A stretch of DNA of 64,000 bases. Origin: Octopus bimaculoides (lineage: Eukaryota). Under the pieces are notes generated by a model. That model made no database searches and was not told where the DNA came from. It was given only the letters and a program-made list of their open reading frames with translations. Made by a program: the position numbers and the translations under genes. Below are positions 1 to 61,460 of the stretch, piece after piece (within the stretch, counting starts at the first letter, position 1; each line of letters opens with the position of its first letter). Where the stretch lies: assembly GCF_001194135.2 (NCBI RefSeq), contig NC_068992.1, positions 15,577,155-15,641,154 on the forward strand, written 5' to 3'.

Positions 1-68
1 ACGTGTGTGCGCTATGTCCGGTCATAGAGTGAACAATGATTTCGCATCCACAAAGGGCTTATAGCCCC

Positions 69-146
69 ATGGACGACTCATCAAACCCAACAGCCGAAGG
101 CCATATAGTTCTTCAATACTCGGAGGAAGAAATCCGTTACGGTCAG
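69..146 (+). CDS. Candidate exon MDDSSNPTAEGHIVLQYSEEEIRYGQ of an unidentified plus-strand gene
   Basis: ATG at 69, CpG-rich relative to the window, donors CAG|gtagtt (147) and TTG|gtaagt (154). Confidence 0.3.
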
Positions 147-1054
147 GTAGTTGGTAAGTAAACTATATATATATAATAAAATAACCGGTAGAAGTTACAG
201 TGTCCTTAAGGCCGAGAGTTTCATGCTATAGAAGAAAAAAAAAAACTAACCGAAAGTATCACGCAGTGGCACTGAACCCGGAACCATGTGGTTGGGAAGC
301 AAGCTTCTTACCACTCATTCACGCCTGTGCTTATAAATATATTTTTGAAATTATTTGCCTCGACTTGGATATAAAAATCCACCACAGCTCACAGCTGAAA
401 AAAGCTTTCCGTTTTATAAAATTGTACTGGAATGTTACCTATTTGCAGACTGTTTGGGTATACATTTCAACATAGTCGTTTTAATAGGATTAAATTATTC
501 ATTTCCTTTCGTGTTTATCTGCATATTTGACTGTCATTCGAATTCTCCAAATGGGCATAATGAGCTACATGTCATTGCGTCTAAGTTAGAACAAAGTACG
601 TTTAAATCACAGAGCTATTATCATTGCAGGGTAACACTTGAAAATCTTTATACATAAATATCATGGATAATATCAACCCCGTCTGAGTTCCTATGTTTCC
701 TAAATACATAGGTATTTAGGAAATGACTCTTGTTACGCCTGTCCCTTCTTCCTCATGCTCAACTTCTCTGACAGTTTTATATGCTGCTTTAAATTTTCTC
801 TTATGATATTGTCAAGATTTTGAATAATTTCTTTCCAACAACTATGATTATATCTATTATTTATTCCAGTGTCATGTTTTTCTCTGATATCAGTTACTTA
901 AAGTTATGCATACTGTCACTTCGCTCCATCATTTGGGAACACATTAGACATTAAGTGTTACCTATGATCACGCCCTCTGACCGAACAAAAGATCTTGTCC
1001 ATTTGGGTTAGCAATACGACCTTCTTTTGTCTTTGACGTTTCTGTAACTTATAG

Positions 1055-1166
1055 GTTCTATTTTGCCCATTAACGCACACAAATGTTCTGGGAAATCCTA
1101 CTGATGTTGAAACAAAATTATATTCTCGTGACAACCGTTGTTGCATTACCCACCGACGAGATTTTG
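1055..1166 (+). CDS. Candidate exon VLFCPLTHTNVLGNPTDVETKLYSRDNRCCITHRRDF
   Basis: Good polypyrimidine tract and ttatAG acceptor, donor TTG|gtaaaa, 112 nt; open only in phase 0, which matches the donor at 146. Confidence 0.3.
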
Positions 1167-2539
1167 GTAAAAGAAAAAAAAGAAGCTTAAGGAACCATAA
1201 AACAAACGCACAATTACTTTTTCTCTGCAACTATGTTACTAATTTCTTTGTATCTCAAAAGTATCATAATACCAGAGACCTGAAGCAAACTTGGATTTAA
1301 GAGAGTGTACCATTGATGAGGTCGCGAATGGTGTCGAAAGAACTTTAACAAAACTAGTTGATTGACTGATTGATTGAATAAAAAATTAATCAAACAATCG
1401 ATTAATTGGTTTAACAGTTAACCAAAAGACTAATAATAAATGAAGTGAAATAAATCACTGCGTGCGTGTATTTGACTTCATGACCCTCCCGATATACAGC
1501 AAAATCTGTTTCAACACACGATTTCACATTATAAATCTTGCAAACCAAGTACAAAAACGAAATATGTTACTAATCTTGACCTTTTGTTTCAGCCATACTG
1601 GTCATACTACAGTGATACTGGTCATACTTCAGCCATACTGGCTGACCGTCTTCAAGGGTTTACTCGAACAAATTGACCCTGCTATTTATTTTTTAAGCCT
1701 GGAAATTATTATATCAGTCTGTTTTGCCGAACTACTAAGTTGCGTGACTTAAATAAACCAACATCAAACGGTGAGTAAGAACAAATATAAACACCGAGTC
1801 ACACACATACACATGTGATGGACTCTCTTGTCGTTAACGAGAGACGAGGGCTCTGCAATTTCTTGCTGAACAACCTGCATAAATGATTGGTTTGTGCTGT
1901 CGCATCAGCAGGCTCCCTCCATCAAATCGGCACTACCTGTACAGGGAGGTACACGGTGTACCACACGTCAGGTGTCAAAGTGATAGCAGAGCATCTTGAA
2001 ATGAAGTATTTTTTTTTTATCGAGAAAACAACACACTACCCGGTTAGAGATGTCAACTGAATCCATTCACAATTCTTTGATAAACCCGGAGCTATAGTAG
2101 AAGACACTTTCCAGAGGTGCGTTGCAGGGAGATTGAACCTAGAACCATGTGGTTGGGAAGCAAACTTGTTACCACACAGCCACGCCTTCCTTGAAATATA
2201 TCCTTTACCGATTTTAAATGTCCTTCTAAGCAGAAATCATCTGACTTCAAACTCCTATTTTCCTTCTCTATTATGCAATTCGAAAACACATAAATGTGTC
2301 TTACGTTTCCTCAATTGTTGAAGTTGTTTTTGACACAGATATTACAGTGATGGGCAGAAGCGGCAGATATTATTCACTGCGCCCTATATAGAGGTTTAAG
2401 TATAAATTTCATTATGTATAAAGTTGTTCACTGTAAGATATATAAATCTTGCTCTCATGTGTTTCATATTCCCACCATCGTTTTATTAGTGCAGAGAAAT
2501 TTCAGTACTTTCATTCTCTTTTCTTCAGTTTTAACTCAT

Positions 2540-2860
2540 GATAAATTTGTTCTTTCTGGAAATTCTTCTTTCCTTTTCGCTTTCTGATATTAAGCATTCT
2601 CTTCTCTCTTCATATCCCTTTTCTTCTATTTCTTTCTCTGATGAATTTCCTTTACTACATGCAATCGTCCTTCTTTCTGCTCTTGCCACGCACTGTTTTC
2701 ACACTTATTTCCTCTCTTGGTCTCCAGTTCATATTCCTGTTCGTGCACCAAAGAATATTCCCTGCGGCTGTTGCCTCATTCAAACTTTATCCTCTTTAAC
2801 TTCTTTTCCCTTCTTGTTGCTCTTCTTATTTAGTTTCTTCCATTTCATTCTTTCATGATA
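2540..2860 (-). mobile_element. Probable decayed LINE C-terminal fragment
   Basis: Purine-rich minus strand with broken frames (..MRQQPQGIFFGARTG..); no splice signals. Confidence 0.3.
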
Positions 2861-3085
2861 GCTATTTCTAAAATTCTACACACGCACAAGACTGATGCTC
2901 GTTTCACTCAATCCAAATGTGGTAGACATGATACGCTTCTTAAAAAAATATATAATCTTCTTAAAATTTATATTCTAATGACACGATAACCCGTTTGTAA
3001 TTAGAAGGAACAAATCGTCCTAGACATTGTTGCTTTTTCTTGTTTCGTATTGTCTCATTAAACAATTCTTTAGAAAAAAAAACTA

Positions 3086-3483
3086 CAGGAGTGGCTGTGT
3101 GGTAAGTAGCTCGCTTACCAACCACATGGTTCCGGGTTCAGTCCCACTGCGTGGCACCTTATGCAAGTGTCTTCTACTATAGCCTCGGGCCGACCAAAGC
3201 CTTGTGAGTGGATTTGGTAGACGGAAACTGAAAGAAGCCCGTCGTATATATGTATATATATGTGTGTGTTTGTGTGTCTGTGTTTATTCCCCCACCATCG
3301 CTTGACAACCGATGCTGGTGTGTTTACGTCCCCGTAACTTAGCGGTTCGGCAAAAAGAGACCGCTAGAATAAGTACTAGGCTTACAAAGAATAAGTCCTG
3401 GGGGTCGATTTCCTCGACTAAAGGCGGTGCTCCAGCATGGCCGCAGTCAAATGACTGGAGCAAGTAAAAGAGAGTAAAGAGAG
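3086..3483 (+). mobile_element. SINE family A (tRNA-derived head, CORE-like segment, internal microsatellite), young copy
   Basis: A box TGGCTGTGTGG, B box GGTTCAGTCCC; many homologues in the window. Confidence 0.9.
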
Positions 3484-3955
3484 TATACAGTATCTTTGCC
3501 ATCTGCTCTTTCGGTCATATTATGCTTTCAACATTCACTAAATTTCATCCTCTCTCTATCATTTACCGCTCAAATTCTCTTTCATAATTCCACTGTTGCC
3601 ACTCAATGATACTTGTTTGACATTTGACACCCTAACATATTTAGAAATTTTTATTTGTAATGATATAGTCACAAGTCAGCACTTCAATGAAAAACTAATT
3701 TTCTTAAGAAAACGTATAAAATGTTTCATTACAAAGTGCTATGTTGTCAGAAATTAACTTAGCTTTAAATTTGCTTATCAAATATTTCAAAGGCCATAAC
3801 TTTGTAATTCTATTAAAATGTTTACCTCCGTCTCAAATTATTTTACAGCTCACCCACCTTCATTCAGCTCATTTTAATTCCCTTTCACCAGTTTTCTTTC
3901 ATAACAAGACTCAAACCAAGAGATCAACATACAATATTATATCTCAAAAAATATT

Positions 3956-4358
3956 GGCGCAGGAGTGGCTGTGTGGTAAGTAGCTTGCTTACCAACCACA
4001 TGGTTCCGGCTTCATTCCCACTGCGTGGCACCTTGGGCAAGTGTCTTCTACTATAGCCTCGGGCCGACAAAAGCCTTGTGAGTGGATTTGGTAAACGGAA
4101 ACTGAAAGAAGCCTGTCGTATATATATGTATGTATATATATGTGTGTGTGTGTATGTCTGTGTGTCTGTGTTTGTCCCAACATCGCTTGACAACTGATGG
4201 TGGTGTGTTTACGTTCCCATAACTTAGTGGTTCGGCAAAAGAGACCGATAGAATAAGTACTAGGCTTACAAAGAATAAGTCCTGGCGTCGATTTGCTCGA
4301 CTAAAGGCGGTGCTCCAGCATGGCCGCAGTCAAATGACTGAAACAAGTAAAAGAGAGT
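3956..4358 (+). mobile_element. SINE family A, young copy
   Basis: Colinear with and highly similar to 3086-3483; includes GGCACCTTGGGCAAGTG (CORE-like). Confidence 0.9.
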
Positions 4359-4384
4359 ACCTGTTTTTTTTCTTTTTTTTTACA

Positions 4385-4680
4385 GTGTGCTTCTTAGATT
4401 TTTAGAGTATTTCGGTTCTTAACCATGTGTATTCTAGTTCTTATCTTAAGCATCCTAGCTTTTACTATGGGTATCCTACATTTTTTTAACGGGTCTGTGT
4501 GTCTCCCAGTTTTAACCGTTTGCATCCTAGTTTTTTGCAGCATATCCAAGTTATCTTAACGTTTATCTTAGTATTTTATTAGGTGCATCTCAGGTTTTTT
4601 TCCCCCTAATCCTGGTTTTTGTCAATTATGTTTATCCTAGTATTTTACTGTATCTTAGATTTTTACCGTATGTAAGCTTT
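4385..4680. repeat. Cryptic degenerate minisatellite, recurring ATC(C/T)TAG + T-run motif
   Basis: Roughly a dozen variants of (G/T)ATCCTAG(T)n at 20-30-nt spacing. Confidence 0.5.
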
Positions 4681-4863
4681 TTTTATTTTTACTTTACCGA
4701 GTGTTTCCAATTTAAGAATAGATACACACTGCATCCCTGCTTGACATGTGTGGCAACTAAAAAGGTCGGTAACGAGAATAGCAACCAGTTGTTATACAAA
4801 ACGAGGTTCAGAAAAAACCACCCAACACATACCAGCATAGAAAAGCAGCAGATATAAAAACAG

Positions 4864-5135
4864 TTGATGATGATGATGATGATGATGATGATGACGACGA
4901 CAGTGATGATGATGATGATAATGACGACGACAGTGATGATGATGATGATAATGATGACGACGACGGCAGTGATGATGATGATGATGATGATCACGACGGT
5001 GATGATGATGATGATGGTGGTGATGATGACGACGACGACGACGATGGAGGACGACAACGATCATGGTGACGATGATAACGTCAACCACGATGATGGATGA
5101 TGATGATAATAGCGACGATGATGATGGAGATGGAT
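4864..5135. repeat. Compound (GAT)n/(GAC)n repeat with ~27-nt higher-order units
   Basis: GACGACAGTGATGATGATGATGATAAT-type unit repeated. Confidence 0.9.
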
Positions 5136-5325
5136 GCTTCTGATGATAATTGTTCTTGTACATATTTTACCTATCAAACTTAATTACTTGATCGTGACCT
5201 TTCTTTTCTCCTACAAATAGTATTTACATCAGCACTGTCAAGTACTTAGTCAAAGTTTACAACAAAATGACATCCCAAAGAATTATGCAATGTTATTGCA
5301 ATGTTAAATTGTAAGTCTAAAACTT

Positions 5326-5379
<54 letters not shown>

Positions 5380-5934
5380 CCTCCCTCCATTCCCCCTCTC
5401 TCTCGAAGGAAATTCGCCAAAGCAAAATATGTCTGCAGGCGAAAACTACAAAAGAACAACATCTTGAATCCGTGGAACAAGTGACATTAAATATAAAAGA
5501 ACAAGTCCTCATACTCCCAGATCATATATGATCTCGTTATTGTTTCAATAAACAGTGAGTTCGATGAGGTGAGGAGAGCATGAGTAGAGNNNNNNNNNNN
5601 NNNNNNNNNNNNNNNNNNNNNNNNNNNNNNNNNNNNNNNNNNNNNNNNNNNNNNNNNNNNNNNNNNNNNNNNNNNNNNNNNNNNNNNNNNNNNNNNNNNN
5701 NNNNNNNNNNNNNNNNNNNNNNNNNNNNNNNNNNNNNNNNNNNNNNNNNNNNNNNNNNNNNNNNNNNNNNNNNNNNNNNNNNNNNNNNNNNNNNNNNNNN
5801 NNNNNNNNNNNNNNNNNNNNNNNNNNNNNNNNNNNNNNNNNNNNNNNNNNNNNNNNNNNNNNNNNNNNNNNNNNNNNNNNNNNNNNNNNNNNNNNNNNNT
5901 ATATATATATATATATATGAGTATGTGTGTGTGT

Positions 5935-6300
5935 GTAACCATTTAACGTCTGTTGTCCATGCTGGCATGGGTTGGACGGCTTGACCAGGGCTGGCAAGCT
6001 TAAAGGCTGTTCCAGACACCAGTCTGATTTGGCATAGTTTTCTATGGTTTGATTCCCTTCTTAACGCCAGCCATTCCGAGAGTTTATTGAGTGCTTTTAC
6101 GTGCCACCGGCACGGGTGCCATTTGCGCGACACCAGTATCTGCCGCGACTGCGATTTTACTTGGCTTGATGGGTCTTCTTCTCAAGCACGACACAATGCT
6201 AAGGTCTCAGTCATTCGTCATTGCCTCCATAAGGCCCAACGCTCAAAAGGAGCTTTTCACATGCCACCGGCATCGGCCACTTTGCCTCCGTGATACATAC
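5935..6300 (-). mobile_element. Repeat family C (short retroposon with RTE-like 3' end and (ATG)n tail)
   Basis: Consensus core GGATGCCCTTCCTAACGCCAACCACT. Other copies: 11064-11225 (+), 14960-15240 (+), 16005-16210 (-), 21505-21780 (-), 33480-33910 (-), 38830-39040 (+), 48197-48410 (-), 48430-48660 (+), 57285-57545 (+), 58740-59060 (-), 63895-64000 (-). Confidence 0.85.
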
Positions 6301-7486
6301 TACAGGTTTCCCCACAGTTTCCATCAACCAAATTCACCCACAAAGCATTGGTCAGACCCCAGTGGCATTTGAGATCAGAGTGTAAAGTCGGAAGAAATTC
6401 CACAGCATTTTGTCCAGCACAGTAACGATTATGCCAGTTCTCCACCTTAAAAGCATGAAAAGCAAAGTCGGACAAAACATTTAGCAGCGTTTTGTCCGAC
6501 ATGCTAACAGTTCTGACAACTCGCCACCTTAAAATAACGAAAAGCAATGTCGGCTAGGGCAGAACCTGAACTCAGAATGTTAACCCAAAAGGATGAAAGG
6601 CACAGTCAACCTAGGCAGAATTTGAACTCAGAACATAAAGACAGACGAAATACCACTAAGGACTTCACCAGGTGTGCTAACGTTTTTACCAGCTCGCCAC
6701 AATTCTCCCATAATAAATATTAATAATATAGTAATATTTGAATAATCAGATAAGTTCAAATCTTACTGGGAATACCCCTAACTAACAAATCTCGATTAAT
6801 TTAATTTTTTTTAATATTGTCCATGTAGTGTTAAAGCAAGTGAAATATTCTATTATTTTCAATATCCTGGTTATGAGAAAGAACAATGAACAAGCTATAA
6901 CAAAGAAAAACTGCATTCTTATACTGTTTCAACACAGATCCACACATAAGATTATAAAATGGAGTAATAGAATAGTTGGTAAGATACAAAAGCTTTCATG
7001 TAAAATATTCTACATCTAAAATACTATCGTATTACACAAAAGATATGAAAATATGAGGGATTTAGAATACAATAATATATAATTGTAATACATGAGGAAA
7101 AGAACATACAACAGAAAGTGAGAATTTCTCAAATTTAAAAGAAAAGTAAACCAATTCAATTAAATAAAGAAGAAAAAAATAACAGGTTTTCCTATAAAGA
7201 TAATATAGAAAATATTTACATCATGATATTTTATAAATATATAAAAATAGGTATTTTTAAAATAATAAACAGCAAAGTGAAAATAGAAAAATAAAATTCC
7301 AATGATTTTATTTCTAAGTTTATTTGAATATTCCTTTTAAATTAGGTAAACAACTATAAATAACAAGGAGAGAGAGAAAAAAAACACAGTTGCTAAAAAA
7401 GAAAACCATTAAGATTTATTTTAAAAACCAACAATTACAGCATAAACAAGCTTGGTTAAACAAACAAGTTATTTCTTCATATAAGT

Positions 7487-7552
<66 letters not shown>

Positions 7553-8250
7553 NNNNNNNNNNNNNNNNNNNNNNNNNNNNNNNNNNNNNNNNNNNNNNNN
7601 NNNNNNNNNNNNNNNNNNNNNNNNNNNNNNNNNNNNNNNNNNNNNNNNNNNNNNNNNNNNNNNNNNNNNNNNNNNNNNNNNNNNNNNNNNNNNNNNNNNN
7701 NNNNNNNNNNNNNNNNNNNNNNNNNNNNNNNNNNNNNNNNNNNNNNNNNNNNNNNNNNNNNNNNNNNNNNNNNNNNNNNNNNNNNNNNNNNNNNNNNNNN
7801 NNNNNNNNNNNNNNNNNNNNNNNNNNNNNNNNNNNNNNNNNNNNNNNNNNNNNNNNNNNNNNNNNNNNNNNNNNNNNNNNNNNNNNNNNNNNNNNNNNNN
7901 NNNNNNNNNNNNNNNNNNNNNNNNNNNNNNNNNNNNNNNNNNNNNNNNNNNNNNNNNNNNNNNNNNNNNNNNNNNNNNNNNNNNNNNNNNNNNNNNNNNN
8001 NNNNNNNNNNNNNNNNNNNNNNNNNNNNNNNNNNNNNNNNNNNNNNNNNNNNNNNNNNNNNNNNNNNNNNNNNNNNNNNNNNNNNNNNNNNNNNNNNNNN
8101 NNNNNNNNNNNNNNNNNNNNNNNNNNNNNNNNNNNNNNNNNNNNNNNNNNNNNNNNNNNNNNNNNNNNNNNNNNNNNNNNNNNNNNNNNNNNNNNNNNNN
8201 NNNNNNNNNNNNNNNNNNNNNNNNNNNNNNNNNNNNNNNNNNNNNNNNNN

Positions 8251-8286
<36 letters not shown>

Positions 8287-8413
8287 TATATATAATAATA
8301 TATATAAATGCATACATATTATATATGTATATAAACAAATATATTTATATGTATGTGTGTGTGTGTGTATATATCAGCATGGCTACTGTCAAAGGACTAA
8401 AACAAGTAACAGA

Positions 8414-8462
<49 letters not shown>

Positions 8463-8647
8463 CAGAAAGAGAGAGAGAGGTAGGGAGAAAAGTGTACAAA
8501 TATATACTTTTCTGACCAAAATAGTTTACATATGACCGGCATGATAAGGTATTTTGTTGACAATTCACTTTATGAATGACTATTACACACACTGAGTATT
8601 TAGTTAAGGCACATGTCCGAGGTGACTGCCTTTCCATGTGTCTGTGA

Positions 8648-8694
<47 letters not shown>

Positions 8695-8895
8695 CGTGTT
8701 TCTTTGTGTGTACAGATTTACAATGTATATTGTAAATTTGTACACACTGGGAATGAATATATGGGCGAAGGTATGGATTTGTAACAGCTTTCTCTGAATT
8801 AATATATCTATGCGTATATGTGTGTATATGTATATATGGCTGTCTTAACGTGTAAAATCTATAATTTATATGTATACCTATCAATGCATATGTGT

Positions 8896-8928
<33 letters not shown>

Positions 8929-9137
8929 CACATGTATGTATGTCTGTGTTTGTGTGTCCATATATGCTTGTAACTGTGCACATATGTGTACATGTGTCTG
9001 TATGTTAAATTTGTCTATGTATATATTTGTGTGGGTATACATAAATCTCTTCTTGACTCCAACGCCAAAATGCATGCACATACATAAATGCATATTAATG
9101 TGTATACCAATATTTTTAGGCATTTACGCACAACACA

Positions 9138-9191
<54 letters not shown>

Positions 9192-9209
9192 TACACACGA
9201 GGTGGTGAT

Positions 9210-58106
<48,897 letters not shown>

Positions 58107-58658
58107 CTAAACTGAATTCTTCAAGACTTAATACTAGAGAAATACAGAAGAAATTGCTAAAGATATATACAAACGTTAAAAAGATTTCAGTACCCTGAGG
58201 TGTTGAATGAAACTATTTCCTGTCTACACAACAGAAATTTATAAACATTAAGATACCTTCCACTACCTACTGAAGATAATGGAAAATAAATCCACCAGAC
58301 TCCATCTTATACATACTGTGACTATGCATGACATTTCAGAATATATATCATGTTTACCATGGTTTTTACATCCAGTTTTCCGTGCTAGCATGGGTTAAAC
58401 AAAATTTGCAGAGGTTTTGTACAACCAGATACATTTCTTAGTTTTCAACCATATGTCTTTCATGCCAGTAGTCAGCAAATATCTGATAAACTACAGAACA
58501 TTTGTTTATTGAAGAATTTCAAAAAATCACCACCATCCTTAACTCAATGATTTCAAATGAAGACGCACAATACAAACATTCACACACTTACACACACACA
58601 CAATGTATATATACATATATTTATCTATCTGTCAATCTATCTCTCTATTTCTATCTAA

Positions 58659-58701
<43 letters not shown>

Positions 58702-58752
58702 AGTGTGTGTGTACACATATATTATCATCATCATCAATATCATGACCATCAC

Positions 58753-58786
<34 letters not shown>

Positions 58787-59572
58787 GTTTAGCCTCCTCC
58801 TTCCACGCTGGCATGGGTTAGATAGTTTGAAAGGAGTTGGCTGGGCAGGAGCCTACACCAGACTTCTGAATCTGTTTTGGCAGGGTATTTTATGACTGGA
58901 TGCTCTTCCTGACACTGACACCAGCCACCCAGCAGAGTAGACGAAGTGCTTTTTACATGGCACAAGTACAGGCAAGATCAGTTTTGGCATGGTTTTTACA
59001 GCTGGATGTCCTTTCAAATGTCAACCACTTTACAGTGCAGGTTGGATGCTTTTACCACACTCCACACTATACATATATGCATATATATATATATATTTAG
59101 AGAGAGAGAGGTGGGGGACGGAGAGAGAGAGAAAGAGAGAGAGACATGAAGGGATGTGGCTAAGTGGTCAGGGATATCTTGTTCATGATTGTTAGGCTGT
59201 GAGTTTGATACCCAGCTGGACGTTGTGTCCTTGAGCAAGACATTTTATTTCACATTGCTCCAGTCCACTCAGCCAGCAAAAATAGGTTGTACCTGTAATT
59301 CAAAGGGGCATCTTTGTCACACACTGAATCTCAATGAAAACTACATTAAGGGTGCACATGCCTGTGGAGCGCTCAGCCACTTGCATGTCAGTTTCACCTT
59401 CCTATTAATCCACTGCACCACTTGCGTGTCCATAGCTTACACTAGGTACACCATACAGAGTTTCTGCTTACAACTTTCCTACAAATCGAACAGAGCCACC
59501 TACCTGGAGGAGTGGGTGAGAACTGGGTCCTGTCGATTTTCTTTCTTGCTAGGACCTTAATCTTTGCTGTAT

Positions 59573-59604
<32 letters not shown>

Positions 59605-59727
59605 GTGAGCATATATAATAAAATTGAAATAAATCTTCATATATCTGTGTACATTTTCAACTTCATTTATTTCTTCAGTATTTTGTTTTACAACTTGATT
59701 GGATTAGTATGATTTTCATATATACAC

Positions 59728-59806
<79 letters not shown>

Positions 59807-60031
59807 CACACACATGCACAAATGCGCATGCACACACACACACACACACACACATAAATTGTTGCTAATTGCATTATGCTAATTAAAATTTTTGTGTTTC
59901 AATTTAGATCATTAAAAAAAGACAAAGGGATAAAATAAATGGAAGTAATTATCAAATCATTAGCAAACAATTGTTAAAGTGATACCATTATCTCTCTCTA
60001 TCTCTGCCTGTCTGTCTGTCTGACTACCTAC

Positions 60032-60093
<62 letters not shown>

Positions 60094-60821
60094 CTCTATT
60101 TATTTATCTATCTATCCATCTATACACACACACACACACATAATATTGTAAAGAAAATATTCTTATTTTGGTAAGAGACTTCAGCACTACACTTCACTGA
60201 GAATTTTACACAAAACACGACCAAATGTGGAAGTACCATATTCATGATTTTACGACTAATTGAGAGTTTTCGGGGAAAATATTCCACAGTGAATAATCTG
60301 AATATATTTGTTTGTTATTTCAAAGACACACTTTGCAACAGGAAATATTTTACCCTTTTTTTTTTCTTTCTTTCTTTCATCGTATTTCCAAAAATAAATA
60401 AACGTAAGGATACATGCTGCAAATAAAACCTTTCACTTCCTGTGTAGTCAGTAATTTATTTTCTGAAGAATAACAAAAAATATGATTTAAAGAAAACAAA
60501 GAGTAAACACGTTTTTAAAAACCATGCATGTTATTTGATTTTGATAATACATAACTGAGGTTAAATAGAAAAAAATATTTCGAGTAACACTTGCATATAA
60601 AATATGCTTTTGATACATCAGACCTGAATAGAGCTATAAAAATTATATTCTGTAATTTATTCAAAATTACACACATACACTATATATAATTTCTAGAGAA
60701 TAAATTATAAATCATAAATTTAAATTACTTGATGAGCAGGAGCTGTGGCGGCAGCTGTTTCAAAAGACTAAGGAAATTCTTAAAAGTTAAGTCGCATACA
60801 TGATTATATTGTTATGTAGTG

Positions 60822-61110
60822 GAGGCACAATGGCCTAGCGGTTAGGGCAGCAGACTCATGCTTGAAGGATCGTGGTTTCGATTCACAGACCGGGCGTTGC
60901 GAGTGTTTATTGAGCGAAAACACTTGAAGCTCCACAAAGCTCCAGCAGAGGGTGGTGGCGAACCCTGCTGTACTCTTTCACCACAATTTTCTCTCACTCT
61001 TTCTTCTTGTTCCTGTTGTACCTGTATTTCAAAGGGTCAGCTTTGTCACACTCTATGTCAAATGTCTGTGGAGTGCTCAGCCACTTACACGTTGATTTCA
61101 TGAGCAGGAA
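60822..61110 (+). mobile_element. SINE family B, 3'-truncated
   Basis: GAGGCACAATGGCCTAGCGGTTAGGGCAGCAGACTC head; homology to 26418. Confidence 0.85.
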
Positions 61111-61154
61111 TTGATTAACTTTGAAGTCTTCCTCAGTTCTACAGATTAAGTTTG

Positions 61155-61460
61155 TGTTGCAATGAGAGTCACAATGCCTCCTTGCAAGAAATAGACTGGA
61201 CCGAACGATTATAAATAGTAGCGGTCGGAGTGAAGTTTGTGAGTTAATCCGAGTTGAGTTTGATGTGAAGTCAGAAGGTATTGGTTGATTGGTTCGTTTG
61301 GAATATTGATGGTTGGTTTTTGAAGAGATTGTTGGATCATTACAATGTTATTACGGCTGCATTGTTACCTTGTTTATTGTTACTTACAACACTGGTACAA
61401 TAGTACCAAAACCATCCATCACAATATCATGGCAGCACCACAACATTTGGAGACGGAAGA
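61155..61460 (+). mobile_element. LTR (61155-61445) followed by a primer-binding-site-like sequence
   Basis: TGTTG...CAACA termini, internal TATAAA, 3' end CCACAACA as in the 53 kb LTR, then TTTGGAGACG. Confidence 0.6.

Noticed and set aside
4689-5163. Poly-His, poly-Met and poly-Ile ORFs
   Set aside because: Translations of a (GAT)n/(GAC)n microsatellite in several frames, with no splice signals. The same applies to the many CV, HT and IY repeat ORFs.
5410-5552. Plus-strand terminal-exon-like segment after a (CT)n tract with AATAAA
   Set aside because: The pyrimidine tract is simply a microsatellite, two frames are equally plausible, and an earlier polyA signal exists at 1377; not supportable without transcripts.
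5487-8515. Long ORFs of 130-340 aa
   Set aside because: They are open only because they run through N gaps; also true at 53909-54964.
60722-60786. Plus-strand peptide LLDEQELWRQLFQKTKEILKS*
   Set aside because: No acceptor AG or ATG between the upstream in-frame stop and the peptide.
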